The notes beneath the pieces were generated by a model. That model was not told the origin of the DNA. It saw only the letters and a program-made list of their open reading frames with translations, and ran no database searches. DNA of 64,000 bases from a virus, in IMG/VR virus record IMGVR_UViG_3300020477_001447, positions 1 through 64,000 of that record. One strand, written 5' to 3'. This document shows, piece after piece, positions 18,183 to 27,478 of this stretch (positions are counted from its first letter, which is position 1; every line of letters starts with the position of its first letter). The position numbers and the translations under genes are program-made.

Positions 18183-18443
18183 ATGGAGCTAACATTGGAA
18201 AACGAACAAGAAGAACAAGTGCATGAAGAGGGGCTTCCGTGGAAAGTAGTAGCAAAGTATCCGACATATGAATTGGCAGATCAGGAAAGACATATTTTGT
18301 CAAAAGAGCCAAATTTGCAAGTAAAAGTAAAGTACATGTCTCCCAGCAAAAAAAAGGATTATTTTGCGGTAAAAACTAGAGTTGATCCAGAGGTTCAGCT
18401 AGCAGAGCGAAAAACCAATAAAAAAAAGAAACGAAAGTCTTGA
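18183..18443 (+). CDS. hypothetical protein
   Basis: 86 aa ORF, basic C-terminus. Confidence 0.55.
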   Translation: MELTLENEQEEQVHEEGLPWKVVAKYPTYELADQERHILSKEPNLQVKVKYMSPSKKKDYFAVKTRVDPEVQLAERKTNKKKKRKS

Positions 18444-18468
18444 CACATCGTCAATAGTCTAGTATTAT
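18440..18468 (+). promoter_or_regulatory. sigma70 promoter TTGACA-N17-TATTAT, probably leaderless
   Basis: Near-consensus hexamers; ATG 6 nt after the -10. Confidence 0.7.
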
Positions 18469-18474
18469 TGGTGT

Positions 18475-18999
18475 ATGATTCGAGCCGAAACAAGACTTCA
18501 GAGATATAACAAAAAATTAATTAATGCTAAGGTTTATCCAGTCTCGATTTGCGCAATAAATTTTACGTTTGATGAGAATATTGGGTATATTATACGTGCT
18601 GCAGCCTGTTTTGGAGCAGAGAAAATACACCTGATAGGTAGGATACCCTCTAGGAGCGCCGTAAAGGCCACTTCCGGCTCGTTATATGATTTTGTGAGTA
18701 TTGAGTCGCATAGCTCACCTCGCGCATTTCTACAGCGCATGAGAGAGGAAAAAGTACAATTAATATCAGCAGAATTAACTGATCAGTCAAATTCTATAGA
18801 AAATTACAAATTTTCATTCGAAAAAAGACTCTGTATTGTTGTCGGAAATGAATCATATGGAATACCAGAAGAGATACTGCACAATAGTGAAAAAGTCTAC
18901 ATTCCAATGCCGGGAATTGGATTTTGTTTAAACACGGCACAAGCAGCTAATATAATGTTGTATGAAACAGTTAAGCAATATGAAAGGTTGAGTAAATGA
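18475..18999 (+). CDS. SpoU/TrmH-family RNA 2'-O-methyltransferase
   Basis: NIG.IIR.AACFG, VVGNESYGI, IPMPG...CLN.AQAA SPOUT motifs. Confidence 0.88.
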   Translation: MIRAETRLQRYNKKLINAKVYPVSICAINFTFDENIGYIIRAAACFGAEKIHLIGRIPSRSAVKATSGSLYDFVSIESHSSPRAFLQRMREEKVQLISAELTDQSNSIENYKFSFEKRLCIVVGNESYGIPEEILHNSEKVYIPMPGIGFCLNTAQAANIMLYETVKQYERLSK

Positions 19000-19241
19000 A
19001 CATATCAATTGAGAGAGTTAGGAACGGATGGCTAGCGACCATAGACAAGAACGTATGGATCTTCCAAGATGAAGAGTGTGACGCTGAGAAAGATGGTGAC
19101 TATTTGTCAGAAGCAGATGCTTTAAAGAGATTGCTTGAATTTGTTTTTTCAGATTATTTAGAATCAGAAGTGAGTGGCGGTATAGTTTTGGATTTCGTAT
19201 CTGAAGGTACCAACCCGAAAGAAGAAAATGAAGAAGCTTAG
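18996..19241 (+). CDS. hypothetical protein
   Basis: 81 aa; I.IERVRNGW start. Confidence 0.55.
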   Translation: MNISIERVRNGWLATIDKNVWIFQDEECDAEKDGDYLSEADALKRLLEFVFSDYLESEVSGGIVLDFVSEGTNPKEENEEA

Positions 19242-19491
19242 TATTATAATTTGTGGTTGTCTTTTGTTAACATCTTGTGCGCACTTAAAGTTTGTTAGTT
19301 TGCCACAATCAGGTGGCAAGTGTACATCTGACTTTCCAGTGAAAGGAAACGATGGGAACAATGGTTGGATTTATCATACGTTTGATAGCCCTTACTATAA
19401 CAAGGTTGTAGCAGAGTGGTGTTTTAAAGATGAAGATGCTGCATTGAATTTTGGATATCGAAAGTTTAAAACAAAGAGGAGATACCGGTAG
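19228..19491 (+). CDS. lipoprotein with KGN..IYH..YY..E.CF...A...GYR domain
   Basis: Lipobox LTSC; small Ada/sunset-like domain. Confidence 0.6.
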   Translation: MKKLSIIICGCLLLTSCAHLKFVSLPQSGGKCTSDFPVKGNDGNNGWIYHTFDSPYYNKVVAEWCFKDEDAALNFGYRKFKTKRRYR

Positions 19492-19506
19492 AGGTTGTGA
19501 AAATTA

Positions 19507-19583
<77 letters not shown>

Positions 19584-19594
19584 TGAATTAATTT

Positions 19595-19915
19595 ATGAAA
19601 AATAAAATTTTAACATTTATATTTTGTTTGATTGTGGCCACCTTCATGAAGCTAGCTTGTGTACAGGGTCAGGAAACATCAAAAGAAGATTGTTTTGCCT
19701 TATTTCAAGAAATAATAGAAAAACAGAATTTAAGAAGAGCATATCAGCTTGGTTATGAGGAAATGCTACATCGCCACACTAATGGCGAAATTTCTAAAGA
19801 AAAATATGAAGTATTTCGAAATGTTTGGTTTATAAAGGAAAACGAGTTGAAAAGCGAGGTAACGGCATTGTATGATGTTGCATATGCCGGTGGCTGTTTT
19901 GATTATAAAAAGTAG
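19595..19915 (+). CDS. hypothetical secreted protein
   Basis: N-terminal signal-like sequence; 106 aa. Confidence 0.55.
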   Translation: MKNKILTFIFCLIVATFMKLACVQGQETSKEDCFALFQEIIEKQNLRRAYQLGYEEMLHRHTNGEISKEKYEVFRNVWFIKENELKSEVTALYDVAYAGGCFDYKK

Positions 19916-19957
19916 ATTTGGTTGGTAGAAAACTAATCTAGTTATGGAGAAACAATC

Positions 19958-20215
19958 ATGCAGTTAACAGAAAAACGTAAAAGAGAAATAATCCTTCAAG
20001 CAATGGTTGAATTCGGATCAGAGCCAGAATGGTATATACAAAATAGCTCAGATATGGGTTTAACCTTGTATGCTGATTGTTGGGAAAACACCACTCTCTC
20101 TAGAGAACTTCGAAAAACTCTACCTCACCGTTATCATGGTCTAAGGACGGTTGTACTTCACAGGACTCCGGAGCCAGTAGACCCCGAAGAAGAAAATAAA
20201 AAATTTACAGTTTAG
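19958..20215 (+). CDS. hypothetical protein
   Basis: GGAG RBS; 85 aa. Confidence 0.55.
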   Translation: MQLTEKRKREIILQAMVEFGSEPEWYIQNSSDMGLTLYADCWENTTLSRELRKTLPHRYHGLRTVVLHRTPEPVDPEEENKKFTV

Positions 20216-20262
20216 ATTCACAAACTGCAAAAAAACATTTATACTAAAGAAAAGAGAGTGTT

Positions 20263-20766
20263 GTGATGAGTAAGAAAACAATTATTGTTAGTGGGGGATT
20301 CGATCCCGTTCATGTTGGTCATGTAAGAATGATACAGGAAGCCGCCAAACATGGTGATGTGACTGTCGTAATTAACAGCGATGCATGGCTCCTGCGAAAA
20401 AAAGGATATATATTTATGCCGTGGGAACAACGTCGTGAAATAATCCAGTCAATAACTGGAGTACACTCAGTGGAACCAGTAGACGATTCTGATGGTAGTG
20501 TTTGTGAAGCACTAATAAGGCTCAAGCCTGACATATTCGGTAATGGTGGGGATAGGACAAATAAAAATACTCCGGAAAAAGCCATATGCAATGAATTAGG
20601 AATTGAAATGCTCTGGGCCCTTGGAGGCGATAAAATACAGAGTAGTTCCACGTTGGTACAATCAGCCACAGGATTAAAAGCTAGGTCATATGGAGAAAAT
20701 GATTTGACAGCACCCTCAGAATCATATATACTAACTCCAGATCATATGATTGGAGATAAAAAATGA
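20263..20766 (+). CDS. cytidylyl/adenylyltransferase (TagD/RfaE-II-like)
   Basis: SGGFDPVHVGH, INSD.WL.RKKG, NGGDR, KIQSSS. Confidence 0.88.
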   Translation: MMSKKTIIVSGGFDPVHVGHVRMIQEAAKHGDVTVVINSDAWLLRKKGYIFMPWEQRREIIQSITGVHSVEPVDDSDGSVCEALIRLKPDIFGNGGDRTNKNTPEKAICNELGIEMLWALGGDKIQSSSTLVQSATGLKARSYGENDLTAPSESYILTPDHMIGDKK

Positions 20767-21119
20767 TTGTGAATGTGGATGACAAGCCGGCCCCCGGTGC
20801 TTACTTTATTGATTTTACTTATGCAAGGGAGGGAAATTTCTATCATGCTTATGTAAAGTTAGATGACGTTGTATCTTGGGAATCTGAAATTGTTACGACA
20901 GCCGATGCGCCAGAGAAGAGAGAATCTAATCGGCAACCCGGACAACGAAATTGGATTTTGTGTACAACACACAAGACGTACAGGACAGTTGAAAACTTTC
21001 ACACTATTATGAAAACGTGCAGATGGTATGCTGCTCCTGAAGTAGGATCCCCTCGTTATTCTGGTCGGCTAGATGACATGGCTGTAGTCAGACTAAAGGA
21101 AAGTGAAAAAAATGCTTAG
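20763..21119 (+). CDS. hypothetical protein
   Basis: 118 aa, coupled ORF. Confidence 0.55.
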   Translation: MIVNVDDKPAPGAYFIDFTYAREGNFYHAYVKLDDVVSWESEIVTTADAPEKRESNRQPGQRNWILCTTHKTYRTVENFHTIMKTCRWYAAPEVGSPRYSGRLDDMAVVRLKESEKNA

Positions 21120-21357
21120 TGAATATCTTAAGGTTGCTAAAGAGTTTATCATCGGTGTAGTTGTTTGGTTTTTATTGGTAGTATTGATGTTGTGTTACTT
21201 AACTACAGTTGGTACTGCGATATCGTATGTCTTTAATTCATACAATATGGAAGGTTATGTGGACACCTCTTTTGGTTTGGCTGTGTTCTTTGTTGTAATT
21301 GGCACAGTCTGGATCCCATACCATATTAAGTCAATATTTAAGTTTATGTTCAAGTAG
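21103..21357 (+). CDS. two-TM membrane protein
   Basis: Hydrophobic helices; its stop codon overlaps the tRNA-Val 5' end. Confidence 0.6.
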   Translation: MKKMLSEYLKVAKEFIIGVVVWFLLVVLMLCYLTTVGTAISYVFNSYNMEGYVDTSFGLAVFFVVIGTVWIPYHIKSIFKFMFK

Positions 21358-21431
21358 GCAGGTAGCTCAGTTGGCAGAGCAGCGCCTTTACACGGCGCGG
21401 GTCGCAGGTTCGAATCCTGTCCTGCCTACCA
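21356..21431 (+). tRNA. tRNA-Val(TAC)
   Basis: Acceptor stem AGGCAGG/CCTGCCT; anticodon arm gcgcc-ttTACac-ggcgc; CCA. Confidence 0.95.
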
Positions 21432-21815
21432 CTATAGAACAGATGTAGAAATTCCAGCTTTTTTTGCATCTAAGTGTAGCCGCAATGTATCGGCATATTC
21501 TTTAAATACAGCTGAGGTATTGAGTGTTATTCTCATCTTGTTAAGAATAAGTTGGGTTGTTGGTGGATAGTAGGCTTTTTGTCGACCAATTAATTGATTA
21601 AGTTCTTGAACTTTATCATATGCATAGTAGAAAGCCCTCCCGGGTTCTTTTTGATTAACAAAGTCTAAACCTCGCTGAGCCTCATCTAAAAAATCTAAAA
21701 CTCTTTTGTTCTGAACATCAGTAGGTTCAGGCGCATTATTAAAATATCTTAGGTAATTAAAGAGGGTTTGAACGTTGTTCGCCATATATTTTCTCATGCT
21801 TTCCCAGTGTGACAT
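21432..21815 (-). CDS. hypothetical protein
   Basis: 127 aa; only ORF in the gap; convergent with tRNA-Val. Confidence 0.55.
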   Translation of the reverse strand: MSHWESMRKYMANNVQTLFNYLRYFNNAPEPTDVQNKRVLDFLDEAQRGLDFVNQKEPGRAFYYAYDKVQELNQLIGRQKAYYPPTTQLILNKMRITLNTSAVFKEYADTLRLHLDAKKAGISTSVL

Positions 21816-22038
21816 AACTGTGACATTAGGGTAAAGGTCGTGCTATAAATATTTTAAAAAAAATCCAACAGCCATTTTTTTGTATGTTGTTGAAATGTAA
21901 CGATATTATTTTTTCTGTAAAAAACCTTTAAAAAAAATAAAAGGAAATGCATTTTTATGCGTCTATGTACGTGATGAGTGGCCCGAGTTCTTGCGGGCAC
22001 GGGTACACTTATAACCATAAAATAAGGAGAAATAAATT

Positions 22039-24033
22039 ATGGCTTTTGAATTAGGACAAGTAGTTCAGGGACGGCACCTCGTTGCAGGTGACCTGTCCGG
22101 TGAATTACAGGTATCCGCCGTTGGTGGACATAGCGGTGACCTCGACGCCGTACTCGCTGGATTAAACAGTGATGTAGAAGCCGAGGAAGCAGCCCGATTG
22201 GCAGGAGATCAGCAGTTAGCTGCTGCTCACTCTGCTCTTTCTGGTGGTGTGATCGCAGACAAATATGCAATCAACACAAGAGTTACTGCAGAAGAAGGTG
22301 CTCGCGCAGCTGCTGATGCATCTATTGAGGCTCGCCTCGGTGTTGAAGAAGCAGCTGCTTCGGGCTCCGCTGCGTCTTTGACAACTCGTGTTGGCGCAGC
22401 AGAGAACGCGATGGCTTCCGCCGTCAGCTCTTTGGTAACTGACATCGAAGACCTTGACGAAATGGCAGGTGATGCTATAGCTTCTATCGACGCCGGATTC
22501 GGCGTCTACGTGGGTGATCAAGCTAACTTGAACGGCTCCCAAGACGCACGAATTGGTGCATTGGAAGTATTGCGTGGACAGAAGGATGTTTCCCTCCAGA
22601 CTCGCCTTGCTGCTGAAGAAACCAACCGAGAAGCTAACCGAGCTTCTTTAACAACACGGATTGGTCAAGAAGAAGGCATTCGTGCTAACCAGACAAGTTC
22701 TTTACAGACTCGTTTGGGTCTTGCCGAAGCACAAGCAAACACTGATCGTGGCGACCGAATGGACGCTGTATCCTCTATCGATGTTCGATGGGGTGAAGAC
22801 GATCTTGCTGACGCATCTCTTGAGTCTCGCTTAGCAGCTGAAGAGACAGGACGTTCTGCAGGCCAGGGTTCTTTGGACACTCGCGTTGCAGCAGCTGAAG
22901 CACAAGCAAACACTGATCGTGGCAACCGAATGGATGCCGTATCCTCTATCGATGTTCGATGGGGTGAAGATGATCTTGCTGATGCGTCTCTTGAAGCTCG
23001 TGTTGGTGTTGAAGAAGCAGCTCGTGCAGCTGACGTTGGATCTCTCGAAACTCGTCTTGGTGTTGAAGAGGCTGCTCTTGCAGCTGAAATCGCAGCAACA
23101 GACGCTGAGGTCACTGCTCTCGGTAACCAGACACTTTCTTTAAGTGTACGGGCACTTGCTGAAGAGACTAATCGTGCAGCTGACATTGCATCTGTTGATG
23201 CATACAACGCTGCATTTAAGACTAGCTACGATGCTGATATTGCGTCTATCGACACATACAACTCTGGATTTAAGACCGCATATGATGCTGATCTTCTTTC
23301 CGTTGATAACCGTGTCGCCGCTGACGAAGCAGCTCTTGCAGCTGAGATCGCAGCAACAAACGCTGATGTATCTTCTATCGATCTTCGCGTTGCAGGTGAA
23401 GAGTCTACCCGAGCGGGTGCAGACTCTTCCTTGACAACTCGTCTCGGTGATGAAGAAGCAGCACGCGCAGCTGACATTGCATCTGTTGATGCTAAGTCTG
23501 CCGCCGACAAGACGGCTTGGACCGCAGGGTTCGCCTCTTCCGACACTCGATTGGGTGCTGAAGAAAATGCGCGCGCAGCAGATTCTGCTTCTTTGGCAAC
23601 AAAGATTGATGCAGACATTGCAGCGTTAATTGATGCAGCTCCAGCACAGCTTGACACACTCAAGGAAATCGCTGATTCCCTCAACTCCGACGCAAGTGCG
23701 TTTAACACCCTTAAGGGTCTTATCGACGCTGCAGCTGTTGTTGAGGACGGCGTTAAGGTATCTACCGATGCCCGAATGACTGCGGAGGAAGGCGCTCGCG
23801 CCGCCGCAGACAGTTCTCTTGAGACCCGTCTTGCAGCAGCAGAGGCTGAAGAAGCAGCTGATATGATCAGCTCCGACGCACGAGTTCTTGCAGTAGAAAA
23901 CACTGGTGTTCAGAAGGTTGCCTTCGATGACGCTGGTGATGTATACAGCATGAGCTTCGGCGCAGGTAAGCCAATCATGGAGATGTCCATCGAAGGTGGT
24001 CAGATCAAGGTTGAGTTCAAGGTTGCTAGCTAA
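22039..24033 (+). CDS. Ala-rich coiled-coil fibre-like virion protein
   Basis: Repeated EExARAAADxSLxTRL units; IDAAPAQLDTLKEIADSL motif typical of phage fibres; AGGAG RBS; higher GC than flanks. Confidence 0.7.
   Translation: MAFELGQVVQGRHLVAGDLSGELQVSAVGGHSGDLDAVLAGLNSDVEAEEAARLAGDQQLAAAHSALSGGVIADKYAINTRVTAEEGARAAADASIEARLGVEEAAASGSAASLTTRVGAAENAMASAVSSLVTDIEDLDEMAGDAIASIDAGFGVYVGDQANLNGSQDARIGALEVLRGQKDVSLQTRLAAEETNREANRASLTTRIGQEEGIRANQTSSLQTRLGLAEAQANTDRGDRMDAVSSIDVRWGEDDLADASLESRLAAEETGRSAGQGSLDTRVAAAEAQANTDRGNRMDAVSSIDVRWGEDDLADASLEARVGVEEAARAADVGSLETRLGVEEAALAAEIAATDAEVTALGNQTLSLSVRALAEETNRAADIASVDAYNAAFKTSYDADIASIDTYNSGFKTAYDADLLSVDNRVAADEAALAAEIAATNADVSSIDLRVAGEESTRAGADSSLTTRLGDEEAARAADIASVDAKSAADKTAWTAGFASSDTRLGAEENARAADSASLATKIDADIAALIDAAPAQLDTLKEIADSLNSDASAFNTLKGLIDAAAVVEDGVKVSTDARMTAEEGARAAADSSLETRLAAAEAEEAADMISSDARVLAVENTGVQKVAFDDAGDVYSMSFGAGKPIMEMSIEGGQIKVEFKVAS
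22726..22995 (+). repeat. intragenic direct repeat (~99 bp, period 171 bp)
   Basis: EAQANTDRG(D/N)RMDAVSSIDVRWGEDDLADASLE at 22726 and 22897. Confidence 0.9.
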
Positions 24034-24080
24034 TTTAGCTTAGTTCTCATGAACTACTTAATCTTTTAGATTAAAAATTT

Positions 24081-24110
24081 GAAGGGGGTGGTCTTTAGGC
24101 CACCCCCTTC
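24081..24110 (+). terminator. GC-rich hairpin (terminator or 3' stabiliser)
   Basis: gaagggggtggtc-ttta-ggccacccccttc, 13-bp stem; no poly-U tail. Confidence 0.65.
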
Positions 24111-24150
24111 ATCTATATAATATGATATTGCTGCGCTAAGGAACAATAAT

Positions 24151-24738
24151 ATGAACAAGAATTATAGAAAATTAATATTGAAATACAGGTACCTTATGGA
24201 AGAGGTCCAAGACACTGAAGACCAGATGCAGGATGTACAGACGCTCTTTAATGAAGCAATTGAAGGTGATCTCCGCGCAGATAATTGGAACAAGCATGCT
24301 AAAAAAGAAAACCTTAAAGAAGCTCAAGAAGAGCAGGAGGTTAGCGAAGAAGAGGCCGAGGAAGAATCAATTGATCACCCGCATATTATGAAAGTAATTT
24401 ACAGAAGGTTATCGAGAAAGTGTCATCCCGATGTGGCCCAGTGGCCATCAGAAGCAGCTTTATTTACAGAGTTGGCTGCAGCTTATCGAGAACAAAATTA
24501 TCTTGTAATGCTTATGATTGCAGAAGATCTAGAAGTGAACATTCAGGATCTTAAAAAACAAATTTCAAAAAAGCATTTTAAATATTTTAATAAAACCCTG
24601 AAAGAATTAGAGGGTAAAATATCTAATTATCATGGAAGCTTTGCTTGGATGTGGTACCACGAAGAAGACGAAAAAAGAAAAAAAGCTATCAAAGAACTGT
24701 TTTTACAAACAATCGACAATATGAGAAAAGAGGAGTGA
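24151..24738 (+). CDS. J-domain (DnaJ-like) protein
   Basis: MK.IYRRLSRKCHPD...F.EL..AY. Confidence 0.75.
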   Translation: MNKNYRKLILKYRYLMEEVQDTEDQMQDVQTLFNEAIEGDLRADNWNKHAKKENLKEAQEEQEVSEEEAEEESIDHPHIMKVIYRRLSRKCHPDVAQWPSEAALFTELAAAYREQNYLVMLMIAEDLEVNIQDLKKQISKKHFKYFNKTLKELEGKISNYHGSFAWMWYHEEDEKRKKAIKELFLQTIDNMRKEE

Positions 24739-24742
24739 TAAA

Positions 24743-25198
24743 ATGTCGACAGAAGATAATGAAATAAAGAATTATATTTTAGAACACATGGAATATGTAG
24801 ACGTAACTTTGCGCGTCCGAGCAGATGACGCTAAACTGCTTTGTAGGTCTCGTTTGGCCATGATAGTCAATAACTATGAAAAAGAACACTCGATGTATGC
24901 AGTTAAGATCAATAATCTGCTAACTGAAGGAAAAACAAAACAAATTAAAAAAAACATAGTAGAATATATTGGGTTTATTGATGAGTATCGACAGGCCCTA
25001 GTAGAACTTTCAGAGGCGGTAACACTTTTTGTAGAGAGAGAAGCAGACTCTGTAGCCGCACATTTTCCAATTGGAGAGAAGATCGACATGGAAGATTTTA
25101 ATGCCAAATTAGCTGAAGCCTCAGAAGAACAAGCTGCAGAACTCGCTGAAGAAAATGCAAAAATCAAAAAAGTTAAAAGAAAATCAAAAAAGAAATAA
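24743..25198 (+). CDS. hypothetical protein
   Basis: GAGGAG RBS; 151 aa. Confidence 0.6.
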   Translation: MSTEDNEIKNYILEHMEYVDVTLRVRADDAKLLCRSRLAMIVNNYEKEHSMYAVKINNLLTEGKTKQIKKNIVEYIGFIDEYRQALVELSEAVTLFVEREADSVAAHFPIGEKIDMEDFNAKLAEASEEQAAELAEENAKIKKVKRKSKKK

Positions 25199-25216
25199 AT
25201 AGTATAGGAGTATAGT

Positions 25217-25651
25217 ATGCCAGGAGGAAAATCAAATTCATCACCAGTCGGGACAAGCTTCTTGTCTCATAATGTAGGGTTGTACAATGTTGGATCATAT
25301 CAGGTTAGTAGTGAGCCTTTTTTGACAAGTTCAATAATTGCCCCTGCGAGTTTAGATGTTATATCTGTTGAATTTCCAAAAGTAACAAAGTTTATAGTAA
25401 TTAGAAATTTAAGACCCGGTTCACAAACCTCAGCACCTCTTAGGTTTGGTTTTTCAGAAAATGGTGTCGGTCGGGCCCAATATATTACTCTGTTTAACGA
25501 TGAATCATTTACAGCAGATTATAAAGTAACAAAAATGTTTATTCGGGCAGATATTGCACACGCCGCTACAGGCGCAATATATGCAGGTATGACAGGAATT
25601 CCTGCTTCACAACTTACACACAACTGGACAGGATCCAAGGGTGTTGGATAG
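25217..25651 (+). CDS. putative virion structural protein
   Basis: VGL.NVGSYQVS..PF...FP.VTK.I...N...LR.GFS.NGV beta-rich pattern recalled from large phages. Confidence 0.55.
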   Translation: MPGGKSNSSPVGTSFLSHNVGLYNVGSYQVSSEPFLTSSIIAPASLDVISVEFPKVTKFIVIRNLRPGSQTSAPLRFGFSENGVGRAQYITLFNDESFTADYKVTKMFIRADIAHAATGAIYAGMTGIPASQLTHNWTGSKGVG

Positions 25652-25653
25652 AA

Positions 25654-26817
25654 ATGAGCTTTGGAGCATTCAGATCGAGGCTACCTCGTGATTATTTAGA
25701 TTCTTTAGAAAACACAAAAAAAGAAGCTAAAGAACATGCAGATGCAAAGGTTACAGAAATGTCTGGTGCCTTCATCACAGACATGCGCGCGATTGAATTA
25801 GAAACCCTGGCATTTGCAGAGGCGAAAGTTAATGAATTTTCTGGTGCTTTGGCTACTGAAATTCTTCCAAATCTAGCTGTTTCTGGGGGTATATCCCCTG
25901 CAGAATTTGCTGCCCTTAGTGCATCTTTTAATTATGACATGCGCGCAATCGAAACAGAAACTTTAGCATTTGCAGAAAGCAAAGTTAATGAATTCTCTGG
26001 TGCTCTGGCTACTGAAATTCTACCAAACTTAACCGTTTCCGGTGGCATATCCGCTGCAGAGTTTGCCGCTCTTAGTGCTTCTTTTAACTATGATATGCGA
26101 GCAATCGAAACAGAAACTTTGGCATATGCAGAAGCAAAAGTTAACGAATTCTCTGGGGCCCTTGCTACTGATGTTCTTCCAACCCTAGGTGCTGCCGGCG
26201 GAATATCTGCAGTTGAGTTTGCAGCCCTCAGCGCATCAATTGCTTATGATATGGCTATGATGGAACAAGAAACGTTCGCGTATGCAGATACAGTAGTGCA
26301 GGCAGCAACGGGGTCAATGATTACTTCTGGCGCCGTCGATACAACTAGTTTAAATACATTAAGTGGCTCTATGGCGGCTGCTATGGCCGCGATGGAGATG
26401 CAGCTAGCTACTCAGATTACCAATGTACCAACAGGGGCTTCAACAGCCGAACTGGCCGGTCTAAGTGGCTCTGTGGGGACAGAGATTGATGAGCTTTTTA
26501 TGGCAGTGACCTCATTACAGGATATAGCAGCTAAACTACAATCTCGTGTTTCATATAATGAAGCAATCATCGGCATGCCAGAACATATTGTTCTCAAAAA
26601 TGACATGGGTGCAGAATACTCTCTTCATGTTAATGATGATGGTGACTTGTTGTTTGATGCATACACTCTTACAGGCTCAACATGCGATAGGCAGCTAGTG
26701 TCACTAGAATATTTAACTCTTAAAGCTCCAAACGGACAGCTATACGAACTAAGTGTTATGCCCAATGGTGGATTAACTTTTAACGTAAGTACTCGCCCTA
26801 CTGGTAGCGAGTGTTAG
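25654..26817 (+). CDS. repeat-containing fibre-like protein
   Basis: 3+ tandem 52-aa repeats; C-terminal duplicated L...G..Y.L.V...G.L motif seen in fibres. Confidence 0.6.
   Translation: MSFGAFRSRLPRDYLDSLENTKKEAKEHADAKVTEMSGAFITDMRAIELETLAFAEAKVNEFSGALATEILPNLAVSGGISPAEFAALSASFNYDMRAIETETLAFAESKVNEFSGALATEILPNLTVSGGISAAEFAALSASFNYDMRAIETETLAYAEAKVNEFSGALATDVLPTLGAAGGISAVEFAALSASIAYDMAMMEQETFAYADTVVQAATGSMITSGAVDTTSLNTLSGSMAAAMAAMEMQLATQITNVPTGASTAELAGLSGSVGTEIDELFMAVTSLQDIAAKLQSRVSYNEAIIGMPEHIVLKNDMGAEYSLHVNDDGDLLFDAYTLTGSTCDRQLVSLEYLTLKAPNGQLYELSVMPNGGLTFNVSTRPTGSEC
25780..26290 (+). repeat. tandem 156-bp coding repeats
   Basis: DMRAIExETLAFAExKVNEFSGALAT...GGIS.AEFAALSAS units at 25780, 25936, 26092, partial at 26248. 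Confidence 0.9.
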
Positions 26818-27299
26818 ATTGGTTTTTCAAAGTAGTAAGCACTCCCTGTTGTTAAAAGCTCTGCTTCTCGATGGTCAATAATTAAATTAATATACTTTTC
26901 GCTGTCTCCCTCTGGCCTCCATGCTAAGAGCAGCCTGTACTCGTCGTTATACCAGATCCAATCAAACTCGTTTCCAAGATTAGTTTCTCGCGAGAAAATA
27001 CAATTGTAATGATTATTCGTTAAGCTGGTGACTAAACTGTCATGAAGTTCGTGTCCTGTATTTAATGTTAGGTTTTCTCCACAAAAAGCTAACTCATCTA
27101 CACTTGACAGTTCTAAAAATATATATCCCTTCATTAGCTCTGTATCAACTTCTGCATCACACCACCAGAATGAACTTTCATTATCGTGGGATATCCACGA
27201 ACAGTGCATTGGAAATAGAAGTTCTCCAAATTCATTTTCTTCTTCTATTTGCCCCCCACACCCTAGCATAAACATTAATATAAATAAATACTTGTACAT
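26814..27299 (-). CDS. lipoprotein, hypothetical
   Basis: Lipobox MLGC; 161 aa. Confidence 0.6.
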   Translation of the reverse strand: MYKYLFILMFMLGCGGQIEEENEFGELLFPMHCSWISHDNESSFWWCDAEVDTELMKGYIFLELSSVDELAFCGENLTLNTGHELHDSLVTSLTNNHYNCIFSRETNLGNEFDWIWYNDEYRLLLAWRPEGDSEKYINLIIDHREAELLTTGSAYYFEKPI

Positions 27300-27351
27300 T
27301 GTAACCCTATAGTAACTATGATAGCTGGATATTTTATTTGTTTAAATAACT

Positions 27352-27379
27352 TTGCAATTTTAAAAATATATGTTATTAT
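27352..27379 (+). promoter_or_regulatory. sigma70-like promoter TTGCAA-N16-TATTAT for tRNA cluster
   Basis: -10 ends 18 nt before tRNA-Glu; TG-extended. Confidence 0.5.
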
Positions 27380-27397
27380 GTGTTCAAATGATTCCTT

Positions 27398-27472
27398 GCT
27401 CCCTTAGTTTAATGGTTAGAATTCTGGGTTTTCATCCCGGCGGCAGCGGTTCGACTCCGCTAGGGAGTACCA
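27398..27472 (+). tRNA. tRNA-Glu(TTC)
   Basis: Anticodon arm ctggg-ttTTCat-cccgg; GTTCGACTC; CCA. Confidence 0.9.
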
Positions 27473-27478
27473 AAAAAG

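Noticed and set aside
22037-23903. Long antisense ORFs (180 and 225 aa) within the fibre gene, and 10650..10977(-)
   Set aside because: Expected from Ala-rich GCN codon bias, which lacks antisense stops; no RBS or motifs
22726-26290. Repeats as DGR template/variable regions
   Set aside because: Differences are synonymous third-position changes rather than A-specific, and no reverse transcriptase is seen
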